Shown: positions 21,009 through 30,469 of the stretch, in pieces
Numbering within the stretch: position 1 is the first letter of the stretch
Layout: every line of letters starts with the position of its first letter
Source of the DNA: Bacteroidia bacterium
GTDB lineage: Bacteria > Bacteroidota > Bacteroidia > J057 > JANRLA01
Assembly: GCA_033763015.1 (NCBI GenBank)
Contig: JANRLA010000060.1
Span: 1 to 56,337 of the forward strand
Direction: 5' to 3'
Length of the DNA stretch: 56,337 nt
Notes under the pieces: model-generated
What the model saw: only the letters and a program-made list of their open reading frames with translations
Told to the model about the DNA's origin: nothing
Database searches by the model: none
Translations under genes and position numbers: made by a program

Positions 21009-23024
21009 ATGGAAGCCGCACCTCTGGCCCCCACCCTCACCCCGCTGCGCTTTGATCGCACGGGCCTTAGCGACGAAAACCTTCTCGACATCTACCGGGC
21101 GCTGCTTTTGCCTCGGATGATTGAAGAGAAAATGCTCATTCTGCTGCGGCAGAACCGCATTAGCAAATGGTTTTCGGGCATTGGGCAAGAGGCCGTGGCG
21201 GTGGGTACCACCCTGGCCCTACGGCCCGACGACTTCATCTTCCCGCTGCACCGCAATCTGGGGGTGTTCACCAGCCGGGGCATGCCCTTCTGGCAACTTT
21301 TTGCCCAGTGGCAGGGCAAGCGCGAGGGCTTCACCAAGGGGCGCGACCGATCGTTCCACTTCGGGGCGCCCGACTACCGGGTGATTGGCATGATCAGCCA
21401 CCTGGGAGCGATGCTGGGCGTGGCCGACGGCACGTCGCTGGCGAGCAACCTATCGGGCAGCGACTACATCTCGGTGGTGTATTCGGGCGATGGGGGGGCG
21501 AGCGAGGGCGACTTCCACGAAGCGATCAATACAGCGGCGGTGTGGGACCTACCGGTCGTCTTCCTCATTGAAAACAACGGGTACGGCCTCTCGACACCCA
21601 GCCGCGAGCAGTTCCGCTGCAAGCAGTTTATTGACAAAGCGATTGGCTACGGCATTGAGGGGGTGCAGGTGGATGGCAACAATGTGCTGGAGGTCTTCCA
21701 GACCACCCGCCGGGTTGCCGAGAAGATGCGGCGCGAGCGCAAACCGGTGCTCCTGGAGTGCATGACCTTCCGCATGCGGGGCCACGAAGAGGCCAGTGGC
21801 ACGAAGTACGTGCCCCAGGAGCTCTTCGATACCTGGAAAACGAAAGACCCTGTGGAGGGCTACGAAGCCTTTTTGCTGGCCCAGGGCATCCTGACCGAGG
21901 CCAAGCGCGACGAGCTAAAGTCGGGCTACAAACAGTACATCCAAGAGGGCCTGGACTACACCTTTGCCCTGCCCGAGCTTACGCCCAACCTGGAAGAAGA
22001 GCTGCGCGACGTGTACGCCCCCAGCGATGGGCTGTTCCGGGTACCCAACCTGGCAAAAGTGAAGCCCCTGCGGTTTGTAGATGCCCTGCGCGAGGGGCTG
22101 TACCAGAGCATGGAACGGCACGAAAAGCTGGTCATCATGGGCCAGGATGTGGCCGAGTACGGGGGGGTATTTAAGGTAACCGAGGGGTTTGTAGATGCCT
22201 TTGGCAAACCCCGGGTGCGCAACACCCCGCTGTGCGAAAGCGCCATTGTGGGGGCGGGCTTTGGCCTGAGCCTGGGGGGCTACAAGGCGGTGGTCGAAAT
22301 GCAGTTTGCCGACTTTGTGAGCTGCGGCTTCAACCAGATTGTAAACAACCTGGCCAAAAACCACTACCGCTGGGGCTTCGCGCCCGACGTGGTGGTGCGC
22401 CTGCCGACCGGTGCCGGCACTGCCGCAGGGCCGTTTCACAGCCAGAGCAACGAGGCCTGGTTCTTTAAAGTGGCGGGCCTCAAGATTGTGTACCCCGCTA
22501 CGGCCGCCGATGCCAAGGGCCTGATTACCAGCGCCATTGAAGACCCCGGGCCGGTACTCTACTTCGAGCACAAGGCCCTGTACCGGAGCCAGACCGACGA
22601 GGTGCCCGAGGAGTACTACAACGTACCCATTGGCGTGGCCAAAACGGTGTGCTACGGCGACCAAGCCACGATCGTCACCTACGGGATGGGTGTACACTGG
22701 GCCCTAACCGCAGCCAAGGCCCACCCCGAGGGCGCGGTAGAGGTGATAGACCTACGCTCGCTCTTGCCCTGGGACGAAGAAAAGGTGTTCGAATCGGTGC
22801 GCAAGACCGGGCGCTGCCTCGTGCTGCACGAAGACACCCTGACCGGCGGCATTGGTGCCGAGGTGGCCGCACGGGTGAGCGAGGCGCTCTTCCGGCACCT
22901 GGATGCGCCGGTGGTGCGGGTGGGGTCGCTGGATACACCGGTGCCGTTCCATGCCGAGCTGGAGCGGCAGTTCCTGCCCCAGGCCCGGCTGGCCGAGCGG
23001 CTGGCGTGGCTGTTGGCGTACTAG
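21009..23024 (+). CDS. 2-oxoacid (probably branched-chain) dehydrogenase E1, fused alpha/beta subunits
   Basis: SGIGQEA, TPP motif GDGG.SEG...NNGY, RGHEE, NTPLCE, EMQFADF and GPFHSQ motifs. Confidence 0.93.
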   Translation: MEAAPLAPTLTPLRFDRTGLSDENLLDIYRALLLPRMIEEKMLILLRQNRISKWFSGIGQEAVAVGTTLALRPDDFIFPLHRNLGVFTSRGMPFWQLFAQWQGKREGFTKGRDRSFHFGAPDYRVIGMISHLGAMLGVADGTSLASNLSGSDYISVVYSGDGGASEGDFHEAINTAAVWDLPVVFLIENNGYGLSTPSREQFRCKQFIDKAIGYGIEGVQVDGNNVLEVFQTTRRVAEKMRRERKPVLLECMTFRMRGHEEASGTKYVPQELFDTWKTKDPVEGYEAFLLAQGILTEAKRDELKSGYKQYIQEGLDYTFALPELTPNLEEELRDVYAPSDGLFRVPNLAKVKPLRFVDALREGLYQSMERHEKLVIMGQDVAEYGGVFKVTEGFVDAFGKPRVRNTPLCESAIVGAGFGLSLGGYKAVVEMQFADFVSCGFNQIVNNLAKNHYRWGFAPDVVVRLPTGAGTAAGPFHSQSNEAWFFKVAGLKIVYPATAADAKGLITSAIEDPGPVLYFEHKALYRSQTDEVPEEYYNVPIGVAKTVCYGDQATIVTYGMGVHWALTAAKAHPEGAVEVIDLRSLLPWDEEKVFESVRKTGRCLVLHEDTLTGGIGAEVAARVSEALFRHLDAPVVRVGSLDTPVPFHAELERQFLPQARLAERLAWLLAY

Positions 23025-23128
23025 GGTTTGCAAATTGTTTGCAGGCGGGGGCTGTCACACCCTGAACGGACGGGCCGAAGTTTGCTGTTGAAACACCGAC
23101 TGAGCCCAATTTACCTCAGCGACCGACC

Positions 23129-23710
23129 ATGAAACGCTTTGTATTCCCTGTACTCTTCGCGCTGCTCGCCCTCCCGGCACTTGCCCAAACGGGCCTGAAA
23201 GTAGGCGACGCCGCCCCCGACTTTACCGGCAAAGACCAGTCTGGCCAGACGGTGAGCCTTGCCTCGGCCCTGAAAAACGGCCCTGTGGTACTGGTATTCT
23301 ACCGTGGGTTTTGGTGCCCGTACTGTAGCAAGCAAGTAAGCGCCCTGCAGGATAGCCTACGTACACTTACGGCCAAAGGTGCCACGGTGATTGCCGTGAG
23401 CCCCGAGGTAGCCGAAGGCATTGGTAAAACCGTTGAAAAGACGAAAGCCAGCTTCGCGGTGGTGTCGGATACCGATGGCGCTATCATGAAAGCCTACGAC
23501 GTGCGCTTTGAGCTCGACGCGGCCACGGCGACCAAGTACAAAGGCTACGGCCTCGACTTTGCGGCCCTCAACGGTGCGAACGGTAGCAGCCTGCCGGTAC
23601 CGGCTACGTATGTGATTGGAAAAGACGGCAAAGTGGCCTTTGTGCATTTTGACCCCGACTTCAAGAACCGCCCCTCGGTGGCTACTTTGGCCAATGCTAT
23701 CCCGAACTAA
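23129..23710 (+). CDS. Peroxiredoxin-like AhpC/TSA family protein with signal peptide
   Basis: FYRGFWCPYC and LPVPATYVI motifs. Confidence 0.9.
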   Translation: MKRFVFPVLFALLALPALAQTGLKVGDAAPDFTGKDQSGQTVSLASALKNGPVVLVFYRGFWCPYCSKQVSALQDSLRTLTAKGATVIAVSPEVAEGIGKTVEKTKASFAVVSDTDGAIMKAYDVRFELDAATATKYKGYGLDFAALNGANGSSLPVPATYVIGKDGKVAFVHFDPDFKNRPSVATLANAIPN

Positions 23711-23714
23711 TTGT

Positions 23715-24389
23715 ATGCGCACCGCGGTGTACACTGTCAAAAGCCTACTCCTAGGAGTGGGCTTTTGCCTGTTTGCCCCCCTTGGCGGACAGGCACAGGG
23801 CGAAAACTTCGTGAGCCTGAGCTACGGCTACGCGCCCGACCCCGAGCTGCACATCGCCTCGGTGGATGCCTACCGGGTGTGGCCCGTGGGCCTGAAAGGT
23901 CGGCTCATGGCCGGTGGGGGGGTTCGGTACAACTACCAGGGCAGTACGGGCCAGATATCGCTAGAGTTGATTGACGATAACCGGAACGCGAATGCCGAGG
24001 TACTGGTGTCGGGCCTGGTGGTGCACAACCTGGCGCTCTTTGCCGAGGCCAGCTACCGCATCAGTGATCGGCTGGAGGGCGGCTTCAACATCGAGTTGGT
24101 GGGGGTTACGTTCGGGCCGGAGCAGTCGCTACCGCTTCAGCCCCCCGATTTTCCCCTCTCGGTAGAACCTGAAACCCTTGGGCTGCTGCTGGTGGGCGAA
24201 AACGATTTGGGCACGCTGAACTCTGAATTTTTTGCCGCCTACCGGGTGAGCGAACGGCTCTGGCTGCGGGCCAACCTCTCGTACGTAGTGAACAACTACC
24301 TCACAACCACACCCGTGACCTCGGGCGAAGAAGCGCGGCTGCAGCGGTTTTTCAGTTACCTCACGGTGGGGGTGCAGTTCCAGCTATGA
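23715..24389 (+). CDS. Hypothetical outer-membrane beta-barrel protein
   Basis: Signal peptide, alternating amphipathic strands, terminal VGVQFQL. Confidence 0.65.
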   Translation: MRTAVYTVKSLLLGVGFCLFAPLGGQAQGENFVSLSYGYAPDPELHIASVDAYRVWPVGLKGRLMAGGGVRYNYQGSTGQISLELIDDNRNANAEVLVSGLVVHNLALFAEASYRISDRLEGGFNIELVGVTFGPEQSLPLQPPDFPLSVEPETLGLLLVGENDLGTLNSEFFAAYRVSERLWLRANLSYVVNNYLTTTPVTSGEEARLQRFFSYLTVGVQFQL

Positions 24390-24928
24390 GCCGCCTAGTA
24401 GTGCCGCTTGGGCTACTGGTGCTGCTGCCGGTAGCATTGTGGGGCCAGCCCAAGGCGCAGCCGGTGGTGGCCGAGGGCTCGTCGGTCACCTTCCGCATCA
24501 AAAATGCTGGCATTTGGGTGGATGGCAGCTTCGGGAGCTTCCGGGGTACGGTTGCCTTCGACCCAGCCGACCTGGGCCATTGCCAACTGGAGGCCGAAGC
24601 CGACGCCAGCAGCCTGGAAACGGGTATCGGTGCCCGCGACCGGCACCTGAAAGAAGCCGACTACTTTGACGTAGCCAACTACCCCAAGCTGCGCTTTAGG
24701 GCCACGGCCTTTGCCCAGGTGGCGGGCGCCTACCAGGTAACGGGCGAGCTTACCCTGAAAGCCACCACCAAAACCGTAACCCTACCCGTGACGGCCCGCC
24801 AAGTGGGCGGCCGCTGGGTGCTTACGACGACCTTTCGGCTAAACCGGCGCGACTACGGCGTGGGTGGCTCCAGTTGGGTGCTTAGCGATACGGTAGAGGT
24901 AACAGCCACCCTTAGCGCAGGCCCCTGA
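24386..24928 (+). CDS. YceI family protein
   Basis: SSVTFRI, TGIGARDRHLK...YFDV..YP and LNRRDYGVG motifs. Confidence 0.92.
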   Translation: MSRLVVPLGLLVLLPVALWGQPKAQPVVAEGSSVTFRIKNAGIWVDGSFGSFRGTVAFDPADLGHCQLEAEADASSLETGIGARDRHLKEADYFDVANYPKLRFRATAFAQVAGAYQVTGELTLKATTKTVTLPVTARQVGGRWVLTTTFRLNRRDYGVGGSSWVLSDTVEVTATLSAGP

Positions 24929-25664
24929 GCCGGTCGGCCAAAATTGCGCCCGTGAGGGCCACGTTGAGGCTTTCGCCGCTACCCCCGGGCCCGTGTGGCA
25001 CGGTGTAGGGCAGGATACCGAACTGACTGGGCCAGGCCGGCGGCAGGCCGTGGCTTTCGCTGCCCAGCAGCAGCCAATCGCGCTCGGGCGGCAGGGGTGC
25101 AGGCGGCTCTCCGGTCACGTACGTGGCGACAATGCGCTGGGCGTGGGCAGCCACCCAACCCTCGAAATCGGCGACGGTGTACACCGGCACCCGGAAGAAC
25201 GCCCCCATCGCGGCCCGCACCACCTTGGGGTTGGTGGCCTCTACGGTGCCCGCACTGGCGTAGAGGGCCCGAAAGCCGTACCAGGCAGCGGTACGTAGCA
25301 GGGTACCCAGGTTGCCGGGATCGGCTACCTCGTAGAGCAGAAATGCCGGGCCCACCACGGGCAGCGGCGTAGGCTGCACGGGACAGGGCAAAACGGCCAG
25401 GGCGCCATCGGGGGCGGCGTGGGTACTGATGCGGGCCAGCTGGGCGTCGGTAACCCGGTAGGTGGCCTCGGCCAGGGCGGCCCATTCCGGGTGTGTGTCG
25501 GCCAGGGCTTCGGTGAGCAGGAGGGCAACGGGGCGCTGGCCCGCTGCCAGGGCCTCGGCGCACACTTTCTGGCCTTCGGCCAGGTAGAGACCTGCGGTCT
25601 GGCGGCCGACCTTCCGGCCCAAGGCGACGAATTCGGTTAGTTTTGCTTTCGGAAGCGGCTGCAT
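24912..25664 (-). CDS. TrmH/SpoU family RNA methyltransferase
   Basis: DPGNLGTLLRTA, PKVVRAAMG, LGSESHGL and ESLNVA motifs. Confidence 0.92.
   Translation of the reverse strand: MQPLPKAKLTEFVALGRKVGRQTAGLYLAEGQKVCAEALAAGQRPVALLLTEALADTHPEWAALAEATYRVTDAQLARISTHAAPDGALAVLPCPVQPTPLPVVGPAFLLYEVADPGNLGTLLRTAAWYGFRALYASAGTVEATNPKVVRAAMGAFFRVPVYTVADFEGWVAAHAQRIVATYVTGEPPAPLPPERDWLLLGSESHGLPPAWPSQFGILPYTVPHGPGGSGESLNVALTGAILADRLRGLR
25638..25645 (+). promoter_or_regulatory. -7 promoter box for the Omp85 gene, lying inside the TrmH gene
   Basis: TAGTTTTG 17 nt before ATG 25663. Confidence 0.5.
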
Positions 25665-28383
25665 GGAAGGACCAACTTACGGCACATACCCTTGGGGCTG
25701 GGCACGCAGCGCCCTTGCGCTGTGTATGGGGGCGCTGCTATGGGGCTGCGAGGGCGTACGCCACCTCGAGGCCGGCGAGCAGCTGCTACGCAACGACCCC
25801 ACCTTTGAAGGCAACCGGACGCTCAGCGACGACGTGCTGGCCGAGGGCGTACTTACCAAGGCCAACCGCAGGCTGGTGGTGCCCAAGCTGTACCTGCACC
25901 TCTACTCGCTGGGGCGAACCCTGGAGCAGGACAGCAGCTTCGCGAAGCGGCTCTACCGCCGGGCCGACAAGAGCCGCTACTACGAAAAGACCTTCGTGCA
26001 CTGGCTGGTAGATGTGGTGGGCGAGCCGCCCCAGGTGGTCGACTCTACGCAGCTGGAGACCGACGCCGATAACCTGGAGAGCATCTACTTCGGCGAGGGC
26101 TTCCTCAACGCAAGCGTGACCCCAGTGGTCAACACACCGAAACGCGACCCCAAGAAGGCCGACGTCGTGTACCGCATTGACGAAGGGCCCGCCTATGTGC
26201 TGCGCGAGCTACGCTACTACTACCGCGACACCACCTCTACGCTACAGGGTGCCGAGCTGGTGGATAGCCTGGGCTACATCCCGAAACGTGCGCGGCAAGA
26301 CAGCACCATCCTGCGCTTGATTGAAGAAAACGGCGACGCCTCGCTACTCGTCCCCGGCGACCGATTTAACGAGGCCAAGCTGACCCAGGAGCGCGTGCGG
26401 CTCTCGAACTTCATGAAAGACCAGGGCTACTACACCTTCGGGCCCGACCAGGTGTTTTATGTGGTAGATACCCTGCCGAAAATCAACCTTTCTGAGGCCC
26501 TGCTGCGGACCGACACCCTGGCGGCGGCCAACCCCAGGCAAGACCCCGACATCGGGCGGGTAGATACCTCGGTCGTGGCTACGGGTCTGGAAGACGCCCA
26601 GCGCCTGCTGCGCGAAGAAGCTCTGGCCGACAAGCGCGACCGCAAAATGGGCCGCCGCGCCGAAAATCGGGTCGTGGCCCAGGGGGGTGGCACCCATGCC
26701 TTCGACCTTGAAGTCATTGTGCCCGATACCGCGCGGGTGTACTACATCGACAGCGTGTTTGTGACCCTGCGGCGGGCGGGCGAGGTCGATACCCGCCAGG
26801 CGGTGCGCTTCAACCTGCTCAACCCCGCTGCCGCCCTGGCCTACGGGGTGAGCCAAAAGGGCCTAAAGCCCGACTACGACCTCAATTTTGCGCTCAAGCC
26901 CGACCTGGCCCAGAGCCTGAACCTGAGTGTCATCGCCAAGCGCATCCGCCAGCGCCCGGGGATCCGTTACAGCCGCCACGAGGCCCAGCTCACGCAGAAC
27001 CAGCTGCAGGGGCTGGGCCTGTTCCGCAACGCGGTCATCAACTTCAGGCCCGTGCCAGGTACGAACAAGCTGCACACGTACATAGACGCCGTGCTGCTGC
27101 GCAACTACACGGCCTCGGTGGGCGCAGAGGTGTTTGTTTCGGACGACCGCCAGCTGGTCTCGAACCTACCGGGGCTAGGGGCTACGGCCCGTTTCGGGGT
27201 GCAGAACCTCTTTGGCCGCGCCGAGCAACTCACGGTGGCGACCAACGGGTTTGTAACCCGCTTTAGCCCGGGCGATGGGGCCCCGCCCGAGTTCTTCTTC
27301 CAGACCACGACCCGGGTGAGCCTGAACATCCCCCGGTTTTTGTTTCTGGAGAGCAACCCCGACCGCGACCTGCTGAAGTACCGGCCCAGCACCTCGTTCA
27401 GCCTTACCTATCAGCAGGAGCAGCGCAACATCTTCGAGCGCACGAACCTATCGGCCGCCTGGCAGTACCAGTGGTACAACCTGCCCAACAGCCTGAGGGC
27501 CCAATCAACCCTCACGCCCCTGAACGTGACGTGGGTTCGGACGATAGAGCAGGCGGGGTTCGACAGCACGATTGCCAGCATCTCTGACACGAGCCTACGG
27601 GCCTTGGTGCTACGCGACTTCGAGCCCCGGCTGGCGACCAAGTCGAGCTACAGCTTTAGCTACAGCCGAGACTACGGCGAGGCACGCAACCGCAACACCT
27701 GGTTTTTCCGCGGTAACGTAGAGGTGGGGGGTAACCTGCCGTTTTTGCTCGACGTCATTACCGGAAGCGACGGCTCGACGACCGACAACCAGTTGGGGGC
27801 CGAGTTCCAGTACGCGCAGTTTGCCCGCCTGTCGCTTGAGTACAAGTACTTCATCCCCACCGGCGCGAGGACCGAGGCCGTGTTCCGGGCCTTTCTGGGT
27901 GGGGCGCGGGCGTACAACACCGCACCGGTGGTGCCGTTCGAAAACCGGTTTTTCACCGGCGGGCCCAGTACCGTGCGCGGATGGCTTAGCGGCACGTTGG
28001 GGCCGGGTACCTGGCGCAGCGACAGTGTGCGCATCAGTAACCTGATAGCCCCGGGGGGCGAAATCATTTTCGAGCTTAACGCCGAATACCGGGCCAAACT
28101 AAGCGACCTGGTGGCCGTGGCCTTCTTCGCTGACGCGGGCAACGTATGGTTTACCAGCACCCGTTTTTTTGAGGACGAGCGGGGTGCACTGCGAAGCGAA
28201 AACCTGCAACTGGGTGTGTCGGCCGGGTTTGGCCTGCGGTTCGACCTCTCGTTTTTTGTTTTTCGGTTCGATATCGGGCAGCAGGTGTATGCGCCCGACG
28301 TGCAGCGGCTCATCGTCAAGGACTTTCGGTCGCTGGGGGCTGGGCGGGCCCAGTTCAACATCGGCATTGGCTACCCGTTCTAA
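25663..28383 (+). CDS. BamA/TamA (Omp85) family lipoprotein, TamL-like
   Basis: Lipobox LWGC, GEPP, POTRA region, FFTGGPSTVRGW...LGPG, FADAGNVW and terminal NIGIGYPF. Confidence 0.9.
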   Translation: MEGPTYGTYPWGWARSALALCMGALLWGCEGVRHLEAGEQLLRNDPTFEGNRTLSDDVLAEGVLTKANRRLVVPKLYLHLYSLGRTLEQDSSFAKRLYRRADKSRYYEKTFVHWLVDVVGEPPQVVDSTQLETDADNLESIYFGEGFLNASVTPVVNTPKRDPKKADVVYRIDEGPAYVLRELRYYYRDTTSTLQGAELVDSLGYIPKRARQDSTILRLIEENGDASLLVPGDRFNEAKLTQERVRLSNFMKDQGYYTFGPDQVFYVVDTLPKINLSEALLRTDTLAAANPRQDPDIGRVDTSVVATGLEDAQRLLREEALADKRDRKMGRRAENRVVAQGGGTHAFDLEVIVPDTARVYYIDSVFVTLRRAGEVDTRQAVRFNLLNPAAALAYGVSQKGLKPDYDLNFALKPDLAQSLNLSVIAKRIRQRPGIRYSRHEAQLTQNQLQGLGLFRNAVINFRPVPGTNKLHTYIDAVLLRNYTASVGAEVFVSDDRQLVSNLPGLGATARFGVQNLFGRAEQLTVATNGFVTRFSPGDGAPPEFFFQTTTRVSLNIPRFLFLESNPDRDLLKYRPSTSFSLTYQQEQRNIFERTNLSAAWQYQWYNLPNSLRAQSTLTPLNVTWVRTIEQAGFDSTIASISDTSLRALVLRDFEPRLATKSSYSFSYSRDYGEARNRNTWFFRGNVEVGGNLPFLLDVITGSDGSTTDNQLGAEFQYAQFARLSLEYKYFIPTGARTEAVFRAFLGGARAYNTAPVVPFENRFFTGGPSTVRGWLSGTLGPGTWRSDSVRISNLIAPGGEIIFELNAEYRAKLSDLVAVAFFADAGNVWFTSTRFFEDERGALRSENLQLGVSAGFGLRFDLSFFVFRFDIGQQVYAPDVQRLIVKDFRSLGAGRAQFNIGIGYPF

Positions 28384-28430
28384 ATGCGGGCGCTCGGGAG
28401 CCGATCGGCCTGCCGATGGGTTGTAGCGGC

Positions 28431-29969
28431 ATGGCTTTTCATACCCTGCGGCTCGTCTTGGGCGACCAGCTTAATCCCCGGCACAGTTGGTACCAGCGGG
28501 TAGACCCCCAGGTGCTGTATGTACTGATGGAGGTGCGCACCGAGGCCACGTACGTGCGGCAGCACCTGAAAAAACTGGCGGTCTTCTTTGCGGCCATGCG
28601 CCGGTTTGCCGCTGCGCTCACGGCCCAGGGCCACCCAGTGCGCTACTACCGGATAACCGACCCCGACAATGGGCAAAGCTTCGAGGCCAACCTGCGCACG
28701 GTACTCGAAGCGGAGGGTATTCGCCGCTTTGAGTACCAGGCGCCCGATGAGTACCGGCTCGACCGGGCGCTGGCCGAATTTGCCGGCAGCCTTGCCATCG
28801 AAACAGCGTGTGTAGACACCGAGCACTTTCTTACCCAGCGGCACGACCTGGCCCGGCTGATGGGCAGCAAAAAGCAGTGGCTGCTCGAGACCTTTTACCG
28901 CCACGAACGCACCCGGCTGGGCATCTTGCTCGAGCCCGACGGCACGCCGGTGGGCGGGCGCTGGAACTACGACGCCGACAACCGCAACCCGCCCCCACCC
29001 CGTAGCGCAGCCTTGCCGCCACCGCCCGATTTCGGGAACGACTACCGGGAGGTGCTCTCAGACATCGCCGCAGCGGGACTGCCGCACTTCGGGCGGGCCG
29101 ATGGGCAGGACTACCCGCTGGACCGCCCCCAGGCCCTGCAGGCGCTCCGAGACTTCGTTGCCCACGGGCTGCCCCATTTCGGTACGTACCAGGACAGCAT
29201 GCGCACCGACGCCCCGTGGCTCTACCACTCGCTACTCTCGTTCGCCCTGAACGTGAAACTGCTGCACCCCCGCGAGGTGGTAGCCGCCGCCCTGGCTGCC
29301 TGGCAGGCGGCCCCCGAGCGCATCGGGCTGGCCCAGCTGGAGGGCTTTGTGCGGCAGATCATCGGCTGGCGCGAGTACATCCGGGGCATGTACTGGGCCC
29401 ACATGCCGCGCTACGCCACGACCAACCACCTGGGCGCCGACCGGCCGCTCCCCGGCTGGTACTGGACCGGCGACACCAAGATGAGCTGCCTGCGCCGCGC
29501 TATCGCCGATAGCCTGCACAACGCCTACGCCCACCACATCCAGCGGCTGATGGTGACCGGCAACTTTGCAGCGCTCATCGGGGCCGACCCCGAGGAGGTG
29601 AATGCCTGGTACCTGGGCATTTACGCCGACGCCATCGAGTGGGTGCAGCTGCCCAATACCCACGGCATGAGCCAGTACGCCGATGGCGGCAAGCTGGCCA
29701 CGAAGCCCTACGTGGCCAGCGGCGCGTACATCGATCGGATGAGCGATTACTGCGCCGGGTGCCACTACCGCGTGAAGCAAAAGACCGGCGCCGGGGCCTG
29801 CCCCCTGAACAGCCTGTACTGGCACTTTCTGCACCGCAACGCGGCCACGCTGGGGGGCAACTTCCGCCTGGCGCAGCCCTACAGCACCTGGCGGCGGATG
29901 GGCCCCGATCAGCAGGCGGCCTACCTCGCCACCGCCGAGGCGTACCTGGCCGAGCTGGAGACGCTCTAA
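28431..29969 (+). CDS. Cryptochrome/photolyase, FeS-BCP (CryB/PhrB-type 6-4 photolyase)
   Basis: LVLGDQL, GGRWNYDADNR, RQIIGWREY, YAHHIQRLMVTGNF and four Cys (MSC, YCAGC, ACP) consistent with a 4Fe-4S cluster. Confidence 0.93.
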   Translation: MAFHTLRLVLGDQLNPRHSWYQRVDPQVLYVLMEVRTEATYVRQHLKKLAVFFAAMRRFAAALTAQGHPVRYYRITDPDNGQSFEANLRTVLEAEGIRRFEYQAPDEYRLDRALAEFAGSLAIETACVDTEHFLTQRHDLARLMGSKKQWLLETFYRHERTRLGILLEPDGTPVGGRWNYDADNRNPPPPRSAALPPPPDFGNDYREVLSDIAAAGLPHFGRADGQDYPLDRPQALQALRDFVAHGLPHFGTYQDSMRTDAPWLYHSLLSFALNVKLLHPREVVAAALAAWQAAPERIGLAQLEGFVRQIIGWREYIRGMYWAHMPRYATTNHLGADRPLPGWYWTGDTKMSCLRRAIADSLHNAYAHHIQRLMVTGNFAALIGADPEEVNAWYLGIYADAIEWVQLPNTHGMSQYADGGKLATKPYVASGAYIDRMSDYCAGCHYRVKQKTGAGACPLNSLYWHFLHRNAATLGGNFRLAQPYSTWRRMGPDQQAAYLATAEAYLAELETL

Positions 29970-30334
29970 CCTGCGCGCTGGGCGGTATAGATGCACCGGG
30001 CGTAGCCGCCCAGGGCGCCCAGGGGTGGGGCCAGTTTGTCTACCGTGCAGGTGACCTGGAGGAGCCGGGGGTCGAGGGCCAGGACGCCCTCGGCGATGCG
30101 GCGGGCGACGGTTTCGATGAGCTTACGGGGGGTGGCCATCTCGTGGGCGATTACCCGATAGGCGGCGGCGTAGTCGAGCGTTTCGGCGAGCGCGTCGGTG
30201 GTGCCGACGGCGGGGCTATCGAGCTGGCAGGTGACCGAAACGCGGTAAGGCCCGCCCAGGGTGGCTTCTTCGGGGTACACGCCGTGGTAGGCGTAGAAGG
30301 GCAGGTCGTAGAGACCGACAGTGGTGCTGGGCAT
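29966..30334 (-). CDS. folB: Dihydroneopterin aldolase
   Basis: FYAYHGVYPEE, TLDY, LIETVA and K.APP motifs. Confidence 0.92.
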   Translation of the reverse strand: MPSTTVGLYDLPFYAYHGVYPEEATLGGPYRVSVTCQLDSPAVGTTDALAETLDYAAAYRVIAHEMATPRKLIETVARRIAEGVLALDPRLLQVTCTVDKLAPPLGALGGYARCIYTAQRAG

Positions 30335-30469
30335 GGGAACGGGCTGAAAGGAGCGAAGGTGGGGCGAAGGTGGGAGGAAGGGCGGGGTATGTCCTAGACC
30401 TAATCTACCCTGTGGGCGGGCTACCAAAACCGCGCCCGCTGTGTACCTTGCAAGCAGAGCTTACTGCAC

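Noticed and set aside
23129-23710. Selenoprotein peroxiredoxin
   Set aside because: The active site is CPYC with no in-frame TGA.
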